Part shown: piece after piece, positions 26,039 through 34,523 of the stretch | How the letters are laid out: every line of letters starts with the position of its first letter | Position numbering within the stretch: the first letter of the stretch is position 1 | IMG/VR virus record: IMGVR_UViG_3300045973_001495 | Span: 1 to 52,924 of that record | Source: a virus | Taxonomy: Duplodnaviria; Caudoviricetes | Strand: one strand, 5' to 3' | Length of the DNA stretch: 52,924 nucleotides | Made by a program: the position numbers and the translations under genes | The notes under the pieces: model-generated | What the model saw: the letters and a program-made list of their open reading frames with translations, nothing else | What the model was told of the DNA's origin: nothing | Databases searched by the model: none

Positions 26039-26572
26039 TTAAGGTTGCGAAGCAGCAGGCAACATCGCCACATCAACGAAGGTTGACGTCACGCCAGCAG
26101 CATCAAACAGGGTTGTACCGATCACGAAGTTAGCACCGGAGGCGTTCACGACCTTGATGTAGCCAAACGGGGTGAGGCCATTTGGCACATCAGGCAGGAA
26201 CGATTTACCGACACGCGCTGCATTGGTGTTGGTGGTTGGTGCGCTGGTGATGGTCGGGCTGTTGAACACTTGGCCGTCATACTCGCCTTGCACAGCGTAA
26301 GGCGTACCAGCGCTGTCCAGTGCCAAAACGATGTAGCAGGTTTTAGCGGTAGGGATAGGCTGGAAGGCCAACGTGCCGGGGGCGGCTGCCAGTGCTTGCG
26401 AAGTCATTGCTGCCTTCGTTGCTGGGAAAACGCCACCATTCAGGTAGGTGATGACGTTGGCAGTGTTGAAGCCAGACTTTACCGTACCAATTGCCAAGCC
26501 AGCCTTGGACAAGGTGATGTTGCCAACGAGTTCGCGTAGCGACTCTTCAAAGGCGTCATTAAGTTTTGCCAT
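26039..26572 (-). CDS. Capsid decoration / auxiliary head protein
   Basis: 177 aa, beta-rich, directly after the major capsid gene, GGAG RBS. Confidence 0.6.
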   Translation of the reverse strand: MAKLNDAFEESLRELVGNITLSKAGLAIGTVKSGFNTANVITYLNGGVFPATKAAMTSQALAAAPGTLAFQPIPTAKTCYIVLALDSAGTPYAVQGEYDGQVFNSPTITSAPTTNTNAARVGKSFLPDVPNGLTPFGYIKVVNASGANFVIGTTLFDAAGVTSTFVDVAMLPAASQP

Positions 26573-26626
26573 GATTTTAAATCTCCAAAAGAAGTAAAAA
26601 CGCCCCCGCTCGGAGGGCGCTAGTTA

Positions 26627-27631
26627 TTACAAGGTGACGGCAGTTTCGACGCGGGTGAGCCAAGCCTCGTTGGTGATGAAGAATTTAGCCCAGTAGTCGA
26701 TAGCAACCGAACCGCGTTGACCGTGGCGGTCAGTGTCGGAAGGCGTGCCGGGACGGCGAACCTTTGGCGTCATCTGGTTCATGCCCTTCAGTGCGATGCT
26801 ATGCACTGCGTTTTCGCCCAAGATGACCAGCGGGTAAACGGCAGCATTGGCGGCGGTCGTATCATTCGGGATCATTGCGCCAACTGCACCGCCCTTATTG
26901 GCATCGCCTTCAAATGGCAACAGCATTGGGGTGGTGATGAAACGCATGTTTTCCACGGAACCGAACTCGTAATCAACTTTGCCCGAGCCGCTACCGTATT
27001 CCGAAACGTGAACGAAGCCAGCTAAGGCACGAATGACCGGCTGTACGTCTGTGTGACAGAAAACGTAGTAAGCCTTTTCGATTGGTGCAGTGCCGATGTT
27101 CAGGCCACCATCCAGTTGCTTACCGATCATGCGGGCGCGGTTACGCATCAACAGGCGTACTGCTTTACGCAATGTGGTCAACGAAACTTCAGTATTCACC
27201 GCTGCACGGGATGCACCGTTAGCGTAGAAAACTTGGTTGCCGTTGGTCATGGTTTGCCATGCCAGCCATTCAAGCGATTCAGCAGCTTGCTGGGACAGCA
27301 GGTTAGGCGCGTCCGTGAAGATTTCACGGTCAAGCAGGTTGGCTGCTTTGTCGGTTACAACAATGTTCGCGCCGTACTGGTCAATCGTGGCGGTCACATC
27401 GCGGTAAGTGAGTTGCTGGGCGGTTGGCGTGACGCCTTCAGCCATTGGGGTTTTTAGAACACCAAACAAGTTAGGCGCGGACACTTTGACGGTATCGGTG
27501 CTGTTCTTGTCCAAAGGGATTGGCGTGGTGAACTTGCTCAGTACGCAGATTTCGTCGGCGGTCTTAAGTGCATTCTTGATGAACTGCAAGCCTTGCCCGC
27601 TGGTGATGTCACCGTAGGTTGAGATAGCCAT
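26627..27631 (-). CDS. Major capsid protein, N4-gp56 family
   Basis: EGVTP, QYG, EFGSVENMRF and D..GQRG motifs. Confidence 0.9.
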   Translation of the reverse strand: MAISTYGDITSGQGLQFIKNALKTADEICVLSKFTTPIPLDKNSTDTVKVSAPNLFGVLKTPMAEGVTPTAQQLTYRDVTATIDQYGANIVVTDKAANLLDREIFTDAPNLLSQQAAESLEWLAWQTMTNGNQVFYANGASRAAVNTEVSLTTLRKAVRLLMRNRARMIGKQLDGGLNIGTAPIEKAYYVFCHTDVQPVIRALAGFVHVSEYGSGSGKVDYEFGSVENMRFITTPMLLPFEGDANKGGAVGAMIPNDTTAANAAVYPLVILGENAVHSIALKGMNQMTPKVRRPGTPSDTDRHGQRGSVAIDYWAKFFITNEAWLTRVETAVTL

Positions 27632-27650
27632 TTTTTAATGCTCCAGAAAT

Positions 27651-27675
27651 GAAAAAACCCGCTCTAGGCGGGTTG
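27651..27675 (-). terminator. Intrinsic terminator between scaffold and capsid genes
   Basis: AACCCGC-CTAGA-GCGGGTT followed by a T tract. Confidence 0.6.
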
Positions 27676-27683
27676 TTTGTTTG

Positions 27684-28550
27684 TTAGCGTCGGGCGAGGC
27701 GGCGTTGCCGCTCATCCTCACGAACGAGCGCATTCCATGCGGCTTCAGCATCGCCCTCGTCCACCACGGTTACGGGTGTCACGCGGGACTGAACGCCAGC
27801 CGCTGCTTGTAACTTCTGCTGCTTCGTGGCTGTGACGGATTGCTGTAATGCCTTCCGGTCAGCTTTGAAGCGGTCAAATACATAGTTGATGTCGCTCGGC
27901 TCCCAGCTATTCACTGCTTGCCGAATCACTTGCGGTTGTTTGCCAAGCCACTCGTCGAACACAGGTGAAGCGGTCACTTCGCGCCAGTCAGGGTGCTGCT
28001 GATCGACTTGGCTAATGCCAGACTCAATCACCGCCTGATGCTGTGCGACTCGCTGCGCGTTGTACTGATCCTGTAGAGGCGCTAGGCGCGTCTGCAACAT
28101 CTCTTCAACTCGCTTATCAACTGAGCCAATTCGTTTCTCTAAAACTTCCGCTATTTGCGGGTAGTCCTCACGCAGCGATGCAATGAGCTTCGCGTCCTCG
28201 TCATCGGGAGGCGATTGCACCTTCTGCTGTGCTGATACCACTTGAAGCTGCTGCTCCATTTCAGCGATACGCTTCTGGTATGCGGCTTGCCGTCCTGCTG
28301 CTGAACGCTCCCGCTGTAAAGCGGCCTCTCGTTCCTTGCGTGAAGTAAGGACTTCTTCACGAAGCGCATCCGGCAAAGCGGCCAGCGGATCAACTTCAGT
28401 CGCGGCAACTTCTTGGGTGCTTTCTGTCTGGCTCTCGCCAGTCGGTAATTCGTCTTCTTCGTCTGGCACGGTGGCACGCGCATCTTCAGCGGCCATCTCG
28501 TTCCAAGCGGCTTCTAAGTCTTCAATCTGTTCGGCAGCTTCTTGGCTCAT
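27684..28550 (-). CDS. Scaffolding protein
   Basis: Acidic coiled coil, HPDW....S..F..W...QP motif, upstream of the capsid gene. Confidence 0.75.
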   Translation of the reverse strand: MSQEAAEQIEDLEAAWNEMAAEDARATVPDEEDELPTGESQTESTQEVAATEVDPLAALPDALREEVLTSRKEREAALQRERSAAGRQAAYQKRIAEMEQQLQVVSAQQKVQSPPDDEDAKLIASLREDYPQIAEVLEKRIGSVDKRVEEMLQTRLAPLQDQYNAQRVAQHQAVIESGISQVDQQHPDWREVTASPVFDEWLGKQPQVIRQAVNSWEPSDINYVFDRFKADRKALQQSVTATKQQKLQAAAGVQSRVTPVTVVDEGDAEAAWNALVREDERQRRLARR

Positions 28551-28607
28551 TTTGAGTACCCATAAAAAAAGCCGCCTCTAATGGGCGGCTTGTGGTTGGA
28601 AAAGCGG

Positions 28608-28820
28608 TTATTCGTAGTTTGTGACTGGTTCAACCGGCTCGGCTTCGGCCCGTTGCTGTAGGGCTAGCAGGTCATCGAAGGCGGCAACTCGGCCTCGTAG
28701 CATGTTGGTTGATTCAATGCCATGCGGCTGGGCTAGCGCGTAAAGCGTGGCGAGCTTTTCGTTTAGCAACCACTCTTCAATGGCTGCCCATGTTTCAGTC
28801 TTGAACAGGCTGGCTTGCAT
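28608..28820 (-). CDS. Small conserved protein downstream of the portal
   Basis: 70 aa, W..I....LRGR motif, TAATG coupling. Confidence 0.65.
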   Translation of the reverse strand: MQASLFKTETWAAIEEWLLNEKLATLYALAQPHGIESTNMLRGRVAAFDDLLALQQRAEAEPVEPVTNYE

Positions 28821-31150
28821 TAGATGCCACTCCCTTGGCTGCGCTTGATGGCGGCTTCAGCGTTAAACAGTCGGCTCTTCATATCCCAATCAATCGCCTG
28901 CATCTTCAGCGCCTTCTGTGCTTCGATAACGGTCATATCCTTGCTTGCGGCGATTTGCAGCATCGCCAAGCGCTCGGCACTCGCCAGCTTCTCCATTTCA
29001 CCGCGCTGCTTCATCGCCTCGCGTTGTAGGTCAAGCTGTGAGTCGTTGACGATGGCGTTGGCCTTGATCTGCTCGGCTTGCGCTTTGAATCGCTCAATCT
29101 CCATGCGCTGTTGCCGCTCTTGGGTATCAAGTTGGAATCGTTGCTGTTCCATCGCCAACTCGGCTTGCTTAACCTGCGCATCAAGTTGACCGCGTTGCGC
29201 GTCAATCTGCATTTGTTGCTGGGCAAGTTGCAGCTTGCCTTGCTCAATCTGTACCTTGATCTGCTCAGGGTTAGGCTGTTGCTGTTGTTGCTGCGCAGCC
29301 TGCGCCAGCTCTTCCGGTGACTTCACAATGCCGTCAGCGGTGATCTGCGCGCCCTTGACGATCTGGCGTTGCAGCTCATCCCAGTTGGTTGCCTGTGCGA
29401 ATGGCGGGATGGATGCGAACAGTTGGGACATATTGATTAGGTTTTGCTGCTGCTGTTCACGCATGACCAGCGTGCTAGAGCCAAGCGCCACGATGTCATA
29501 GTCGCCCTTGATCTCCGGCTTATCGCTGAATTCCATGTTCCATCGGTACATGCGGCCAATGACGGGCCGGGTAATGCGGTCGTCCCATTGCTTCACCAAG
29601 CGACGCAGCGGGCTGGAAGCGCTCGATGCCTGAAGGCTCGCACCCGTGGCCGTCTGCGTGATGATTGGATTCTGGCCTTCCTGCTGCATGATTTCCGGTA
29701 CGCCAGATTCTTGCTCTAGCAGAATCACTGCACGGTCGAACAGGCCAAGCAGCATGTCGGCTTGAAGCGGTATCTGTACCGGCTGGATCGGGTTTTGTGA
29801 TGTGGTTGCGCCGGGGATGCTTTCCCATATCTTGCCGGGGGCCAGTTGCATGCGGCCATCTTGCGGGCGCAAACCCTTGTCAATGACGATGTTCGGCACG
29901 GCAGCCAAGGCCGCATTGTCCAGAATCAAGCGCCAAGTCGAGTTAGCCACACGCTGCGAGTGACGCACGCGGTACGGCATGCCGAAACCAAAGATAGAAT
30001 GGTCGTCTTCTTCCCAGCAAAAGATGCTGTAAATGCTGGCATCGTCTGCATACGGGTGTTCCGCTGCCTTCAGCACGATCCCGTTGCAGAACCAGATAAT
30101 CAGGTGCGGCTCGTCCAGCGAGTCGGATTCAATCTCAATGCCGAGCGCCTGTGCGTCATCAGCAGGTAAGCAGCCATTGAATTCCCACACCTCATACCGG
30201 CCAGACTTCCATGTCGATGTCTTGTCGATACGGGCGTCATCCATGAAGCCAGCGACGCGCTCTTCAGGCGATTCCTTCAGCAGCTCCTTGATGGCCGCAC
30301 GACTGAAGCCCGGTGTCTTGGCTAGGTCTTTCAGTTCCTTGCGCGTCAACAGGTGGCGTTCAAGTGTGTTCTCGGATTCCTCAATGCGACGGGCCGACGG
30401 ATCGGGAAAGAAGTGCCAAGGCGAAACGCGATCTACACCTGGCTTAATGCTTTCCTCAATCACGATGTTCTGGGTTTCAACACCCATCTCAACAGCGCGC
30501 TGAATCTTCTTTTTGCTCACGTTGCGCAGCGTGGGCGATTTCATAATGCCGGTGCCAAGCACAATCGCGTCGTGAATCACGCCACGGCAAACGGCGTTGT
30601 AATCAGATTCGGTTAGCTGGTCGTCAATCTCACGCAGCATCGACAAGGCGCGTTTGTCTGCCTCTTTCTGGCGTGCCTCGTTAGGATCAACCGGCGCAGC
30701 CTGTGGCTGTGGCTGTGGCTGTTGCGGCTGGCCTTGTGGTGGCTGTTGCATGCCCATCGCGGGTGGCATCTGTGGCGCGCTGTGCTGTGCCAATGACTGC
30801 GCAATATCAATGTCAGCCATCGGCGTTGGTTTGATAGACCAGTTGCGGTCGTCGGTCGGCAACAGCATTTCAGCAAGGCGGGATTCCGCAAACGTACACT
30901 TCTTCCGCGTCAGGTTCACGAACGCCTGTGAACGTCCCGCACCAATCTGCGTTTTGCTGTCGTACTCACCATTCCACTGGCGCAGGTCGTCTAGCCACCG
31001 CTGTTCGAGCGTGCTGCGTTTGGCAACTCGCTCGTCTGCAATCCCCTGCAAGCGCTCACCAATCGCCTCGACGAGCATTTGTTGCTCGCGTTGCTGCTCT
31101 TCTGCGGCGTAGTCGTCCATCGGGGCGTCAGTAGCCTGCATAAGAATCAC
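28820..31150 (-). CDS. Portal protein with long Gln-rich C-terminal coiled coil
   Basis: LGTGIMK, VSPWHFFPDP, TATG and IKGDYDI motifs; follows terL. Confidence 0.9.
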   Translation of the reverse strand: MILMQATDAPMDDYAAEEQQREQQMLVEAIGERLQGIADERVAKRSTLEQRWLDDLRQWNGEYDSKTQIGAGRSQAFVNLTRKKCTFAESRLAEMLLPTDDRNWSIKPTPMADIDIAQSLAQHSAPQMPPAMGMQQPPQGQPQQPQPQPQAAPVDPNEARQKEADKRALSMLREIDDQLTESDYNAVCRGVIHDAIVLGTGIMKSPTLRNVSKKKIQRAVEMGVETQNIVIEESIKPGVDRVSPWHFFPDPSARRIEESENTLERHLLTRKELKDLAKTPGFSRAAIKELLKESPEERVAGFMDDARIDKTSTWKSGRYEVWEFNGCLPADDAQALGIEIESDSLDEPHLIIWFCNGIVLKAAEHPYADDASIYSIFCWEEDDHSIFGFGMPYRVRHSQRVANSTWRLILDNAALAAVPNIVIDKGLRPQDGRMQLAPGKIWESIPGATTSQNPIQPVQIPLQADMLLGLFDRAVILLEQESGVPEIMQQEGQNPIITQTATGASLQASSASSPLRRLVKQWDDRITRPVIGRMYRWNMEFSDKPEIKGDYDIVALGSSTLVMREQQQQNLINMSQLFASIPPFAQATNWDELQRQIVKGAQITADGIVKSPEELAQAAQQQQQQPNPEQIKVQIEQGKLQLAQQQMQIDAQRGQLDAQVKQAELAMEQQRFQLDTQERQQRMEIERFKAQAEQIKANAIVNDSQLDLQREAMKQRGEMEKLASAERLAMLQIAASKDMTVIEAQKALKMQAIDWDMKSRLFNAEAAIKRSQGSGI

Positions 31151-32690
31151 CTATGTATTGTTCTGCGCGTGCGGCAGTCGGGAAGATTTCGCGCTCGCGG
31201 CGTACCACGGCGTTGAAGGGAAGTGCGAAGGTCAGCGCTAACGCGTCCCCTGCATCGGGTGACTTGATGCCACGCTTGCGCATGTCATCCTTGGTTTCGA
31301 GCTTGACGCGCCCGTGGCTGTCATAGCTGTAACTCGGTGCGCTCAGGTCAGCGGCCAGCGTGTCATCGTTGGTGATCTTGGTCGGCTGGGCGTTTATCCA
31401 GTCACGCATCAAGCACCACATTTCAGACCGACGATTGACGTACTTGTCAGCCGATAGCGCCTTTTCACCGAAGTTAACGCCAAAGACGTTTTCGTAATTC
31501 AGCTCGTGCAAGCGATCAACTACGCCAGCGCCCAGCCCGCCAACGTCAATCAGGACGGCGTCTGGCTTGAATTCCTTGGCGTACTGGTGAACCACGCCCA
31601 CAACCTGCATCGTTGACAAGCCGTTGACGCGCTTTAGGTCAAGCATCTTGCGACCTTGACGAACCACAATGGCTGTGGAGTCATCACCATACCGCGCAGG
31701 ATCGACGCCAATCAGCACGGGTGCCGTCAGTGTTTCCTCGTCAATCTCAGCCCGGCGAGCGGTAGCGATGGCATCGGCTTTGATTAGGCTCGTGTCATCC
31801 GAGGCCATGAACGCTTCGGAGGCGTCGCTTGGGTACTCACGCATGAACTTTTCAACGTCACCGCCGAAGTCGCCTTCGATTTTTGAGCGACGCCACGCCA
31901 TATGCTCAGGCGTCATGCCGTCAGCTAGGTAGCGAGACAGGTAATCAACTTCATCAGCGGTCAAGTCGCTATCAAGCGGGCGGGTGTATTCAGCCTGCCA
32001 GTACCAAGGCACAAACACAGCGATGTAATCACCTCGCCCAGCTTGTGCGTCCTGCCAGCGTTGGTGAAACTCGTCGCCTACTTTGTTCGCGGTAGATTCA
32101 AGGATGACTTCCGTATCAGGCATTTCAGCAATGGCCTGACCAATGCCTGAAAAGTGTTCGTCTGCTTTGTCCCAGAAGCCGAACTCAGAACCGTGCAGCA
32201 TTTGCGCAGTCCAGCCACGGCCAACAGCGTCAGAACCAGCGGTTGCCACGCGGTAGCCACAATCTTGCTCACCGAATTCCAGTGTGCCGGATGCATCGCG
32301 GGTGATCTTGGGGCGGATAATCTCAGGGATGTTTTTGGCGTAGCGCTGCACCATGCCGAAGATGGCGGCAGTAGAAGCGGCTTGGTGCGCCATCACGACC
32401 GCTTTGCGGCCGATGTTCCAATGGAGCGTCCACAGGAACCGCGCTTCAACGTAAGTCGAAACGCCTTGTTGCCGCCCCTTCAGGATCAAGGCCCGAACGC
32501 GGCCAGTTGTGCGCTTCTGCTCTTCGAGTTTGGCGTGTATGTAGTGTTGTGCTTTGTTAAGCCGCAGTGGGACTTGTTGACCGCGCTTGTCAGCGATCTT
32601 GAGGCACAGGCCAGCGTATTGCGCGAAGTTGCCAGACAGGCGACGCGCCAACTCAAGCGCGTCTGTATCGCTACTCTTCGCTTGGCTCAT
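31128..32690 (-). CDS. terL: Terminase large subunit
   Basis: LKGRQQGVST, LHGSE, ESTA, GVDPARYGDD and SPDAGDALALTF motifs. Confidence 0.95.
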   Translation of the reverse strand: MSQAKSSDTDALELARRLSGNFAQYAGLCLKIADKRGQQVPLRLNKAQHYIHAKLEEQKRTTGRVRALILKGRQQGVSTYVEARFLWTLHWNIGRKAVVMAHQAASTAAIFGMVQRYAKNIPEIIRPKITRDASGTLEFGEQDCGYRVATAGSDAVGRGWTAQMLHGSEFGFWDKADEHFSGIGQAIAEMPDTEVILESTANKVGDEFHQRWQDAQAGRGDYIAVFVPWYWQAEYTRPLDSDLTADEVDYLSRYLADGMTPEHMAWRRSKIEGDFGGDVEKFMREYPSDASEAFMASDDTSLIKADAIATARRAEIDEETLTAPVLIGVDPARYGDDSTAIVVRQGRKMLDLKRVNGLSTMQVVGVVHQYAKEFKPDAVLIDVGGLGAGVVDRLHELNYENVFGVNFGEKALSADKYVNRRSEMWCLMRDWINAQPTKITNDDTLAADLSAPSYSYDSHGRVKLETKDDMRKRGIKSPDAGDALALTFALPFNAVVRREREIFPTAARAEQYIGDSYAGY

Positions 32691-33090
32691 TGCCTTTCAG
32701 TTGGGTAAGCAACGTGGTGAAGCCGCTGATCTTCTCGCCATCACTGGTGACATCCAGCTTGTCGCCGTAGACCTTGGGGCGCAGTTTGCCTGCGCGCCAT
32801 TTCAGCACGTCAATCAGCAGGCGCTTTGCTTGCGCGTTTTCTGCCGTTGTCATGCGTGCTTCTTCAAGCATTTCTTCAGTCAGCAGGTCAGCCTGCGCCA
32901 AACGCGCGCGTGTGTACCTGTCGGCCAAGGCGGCATCTTCACTCAGCCAATCGCACACGGTTGAGTAATGCGGCATGCCTTCAGTGCGCAAGATTGTCGT
33001 CAATGCTTCACCTTGTGCAATGCGCGCAATGATCTTCTCAAAGACCTCTTCGCGGTTGTAAGACGTTGACCGAACCTTAGCCACTTCCAA
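32671..33090 (-). CDS. terS: Terminase small subunit
   Basis: MP..STV..WL...Y.RAR and KW..GKLRPKVYGDK motifs. Confidence 0.9.
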   Translation of the reverse strand: MEVAKVRSTSYNREEVFEKIIARIAQGEALTTILRTEGMPHYSTVCDWLSEDAALADRYTRARLAQADLLTEEMLEEARMTTAENAQAKRLLIDVLKWRAGKLRPKVYGDKLDVTSDGEKISGFTTLLTQLKGNEPSEE

Positions 33091-33099
33091 ACTCCCAAA

Positions 33100-33208
33100 T
33101 GCAAAACGCCCCGACCAGTTAAGGGCGAGGCGTTGTATTTTTTCAATGCAGAAACCGCCAACTTGGGCGGGATATTGAGTTTATAACTCAATCAGATTTT
33201 TTGTGCAA
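33100..33208 (-). promoter_or_regulatory. pR'-like late promoter with two hairpins (copy C)
   Basis: TTGCAC-17 nt-TATAAA, then CCGCCCAAGTTGGCGG and AACGCCTCGCCCTTAACTGGTCGGGGCGTTTT; upstream of terS. Confidence 0.7.
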
Positions 33209-33213
33209 GTTAC

Positions 33214-33429
33214 TCAATGCAAACGATCCTCAAACTCTTCGGCCATCGCACAGACAATGGCCGTCGCTTCTCGCGCATCGTCTTTGGCTTCCGCCATGTA
33301 CTCCTTTTCATCGGCAATCAGCACTGAAGCGAATCTCAAGCAGTCATGCAGGGTATAGCCCAGCGGGTAGCTGTCACCCATCGCAATCTCAAGCCACATT
33401 TGCGCGGCGCTTTGGTCTTCTCTGGTCAT
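33214..33429 (-). CDS. Hypothetical protein
   Basis: MTREDQSAAQ..., ATGA overlap with the upstream small ORF. Confidence 0.5.
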   Translation of the reverse strand: MTREDQSAAQMWLEIAMGDSYPLGYTLHDCLRFASVLIADEKEYMAEAKDDAREATAIVCAMAEEFEDRLH

Positions 33430-33548
33430 TCTTCCGGCTCCCAATCATGTGTCATGCAGCCAACCATCATTTCCTTGTAGTCCGCCAAATCACGCAGCCA
33501 CTCAATTTGCTGTTCGATACTGTCAAATTTCAGCGTGAAGTAATCCAT
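33426..33548 (-). CDS. Small hypothetical protein (40 aa)
   Basis: Not in the track. MDYFTLKFDSIEQQIEWLRD...; stop-start overlaps on both sides. Confidence 0.45.
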   Translation of the reverse strand: MDYFTLKFDSIEQQIEWLRDLADYKEMMVGCMTHDWEPEE

Positions 33549-33928
33549 CACCTTGCCCCCACCGAGTTGCAAACCATAATCCGCGCCCGCCCCAGCAGAC
33601 TAACGCACCCCTCTTCCGTCAATGCCATTTCTCGCCTCATTTCAGCCGGTTCGTACCCATCAAGGTACACCCGCCGCACCATGAGTCTGTGAGCGGCTGG
33701 AAGGGCCACTACAGCGCGTTCTACGGCCAACGCATCCTTAGCCGGGGGCATAGGCACCGCCCAAGTCTTCCCACCCTCCCAAACGCTGCCCAATTCGGGC
33801 GTATGACGCTTCTCAATCGACCGGCAGGTGTTGCCCCGCTTCTTGGTCGTTGACCACCTAGCCCAACCTAGCAGCAGTGCATGGCCTGTCTGCTCGCGGT
33901 CAATTGTCATTTCGTCTATTCGCATCAT
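33548..33928 (-). CDS. Q-like late antiterminator / sigma-region-4-like regulator
   Basis: LLGWARW, VERAVVALP and a C-terminal HTH; upstream of the late promoter. Confidence 0.7.
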   Translation of the reverse strand: MMRIDEMTIDREQTGHALLLGWARWSTTKKRGNTCRSIEKRHTPELGSVWEGGKTWAVPMPPAKDALAVERAVVALPAAHRLMVRRVYLDGYEPAEMRREMALTEEGCVSLLGRARIMVCNSVGAR

Positions 33929-34287
33929 TGCCCTGCTCCCATCGGGTTAATCGTTACCAGCACTGCACCGCCCTCAACCTGTTCGCCCCAAACAATCCGC
34001 AGATCGTGTATCTGGCTGTCATCCACCCAGACGCCTGCGTGCGTCATTGCATCCAGCAGGGGCTTGATTGGGTTGTCCACGTCACGCCGCCTGTTGTCTG
34101 GTGGGTAGGCATTGATCAGCACAACCAATCGCCCTGCGTACCCCTTTGCAGCCCGCTGGGCGACAACGTGTGCGTTGACCTCAACGCGGAACTTTCTACC
34201 CGCTGGCAGGATGCTCACGCCGCGTGCTGTGTGCCGGTAGTAGTGGTTAATGCTGGGCGGGAAAGGGAGGGAAATGTGGGTTTTCAT
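33925..34287 (-). CDS. rusA: RusA Holliday junction resolvase
   Basis: PFPPSINHYY, PPDNRRRDVDN..K..LD and DDSQI motifs. Confidence 0.95.
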   Translation of the reverse strand: MKTHISLPFPPSINHYYRHTARGVSILPAGRKFRVEVNAHVVAQRAAKGYAGRLVVLINAYPPDNRRRDVDNPIKPLLDAMTHAGVWVDDSQIHDLRIVWGEQVEGGAVLVTINPMGAGQ

Positions 34288-34299
34288 GGTTTCAATTAC

Positions 34300-34523
34300 C
34301 CGTTACGAGTTAATGGTGTTTTGCACGGGCTTATAAGCCTTATGCAGACTGGCTTGCAGGGTTGTCTCGTACTTTTTGGCCGTTTCCCTATACATATAAA
34401 TTCCCACCCCTCACTAACTCTTTTAATAAATAAAAATATATATATACGTTTATACGTATTAACCCTCTAAGCCTTATGCAGACTGGCTTATAGCCCCGTG
34501 GCGAAAACACGGACAAATACGGG
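34300..34523. other. Putative replication origin
   Basis: Perfect 22-bp direct repeat TAAGCCTTATGCAGACTGGCTT (34334-34355, 34468-34489) flanking an AT-rich tract, directly downstream of the primase. Confidence 0.6.

Noticed and set aside
30700-30760. CAGCCA microsatellite in the portal gene
   Set aside because: A short in-frame Gln/Pro low-complexity linker; no evidence of phase variation.
33877-34470. 197-aa plus-strand ORF
   Set aside because: Antisense to rusA and runs into the origin-like repeats.
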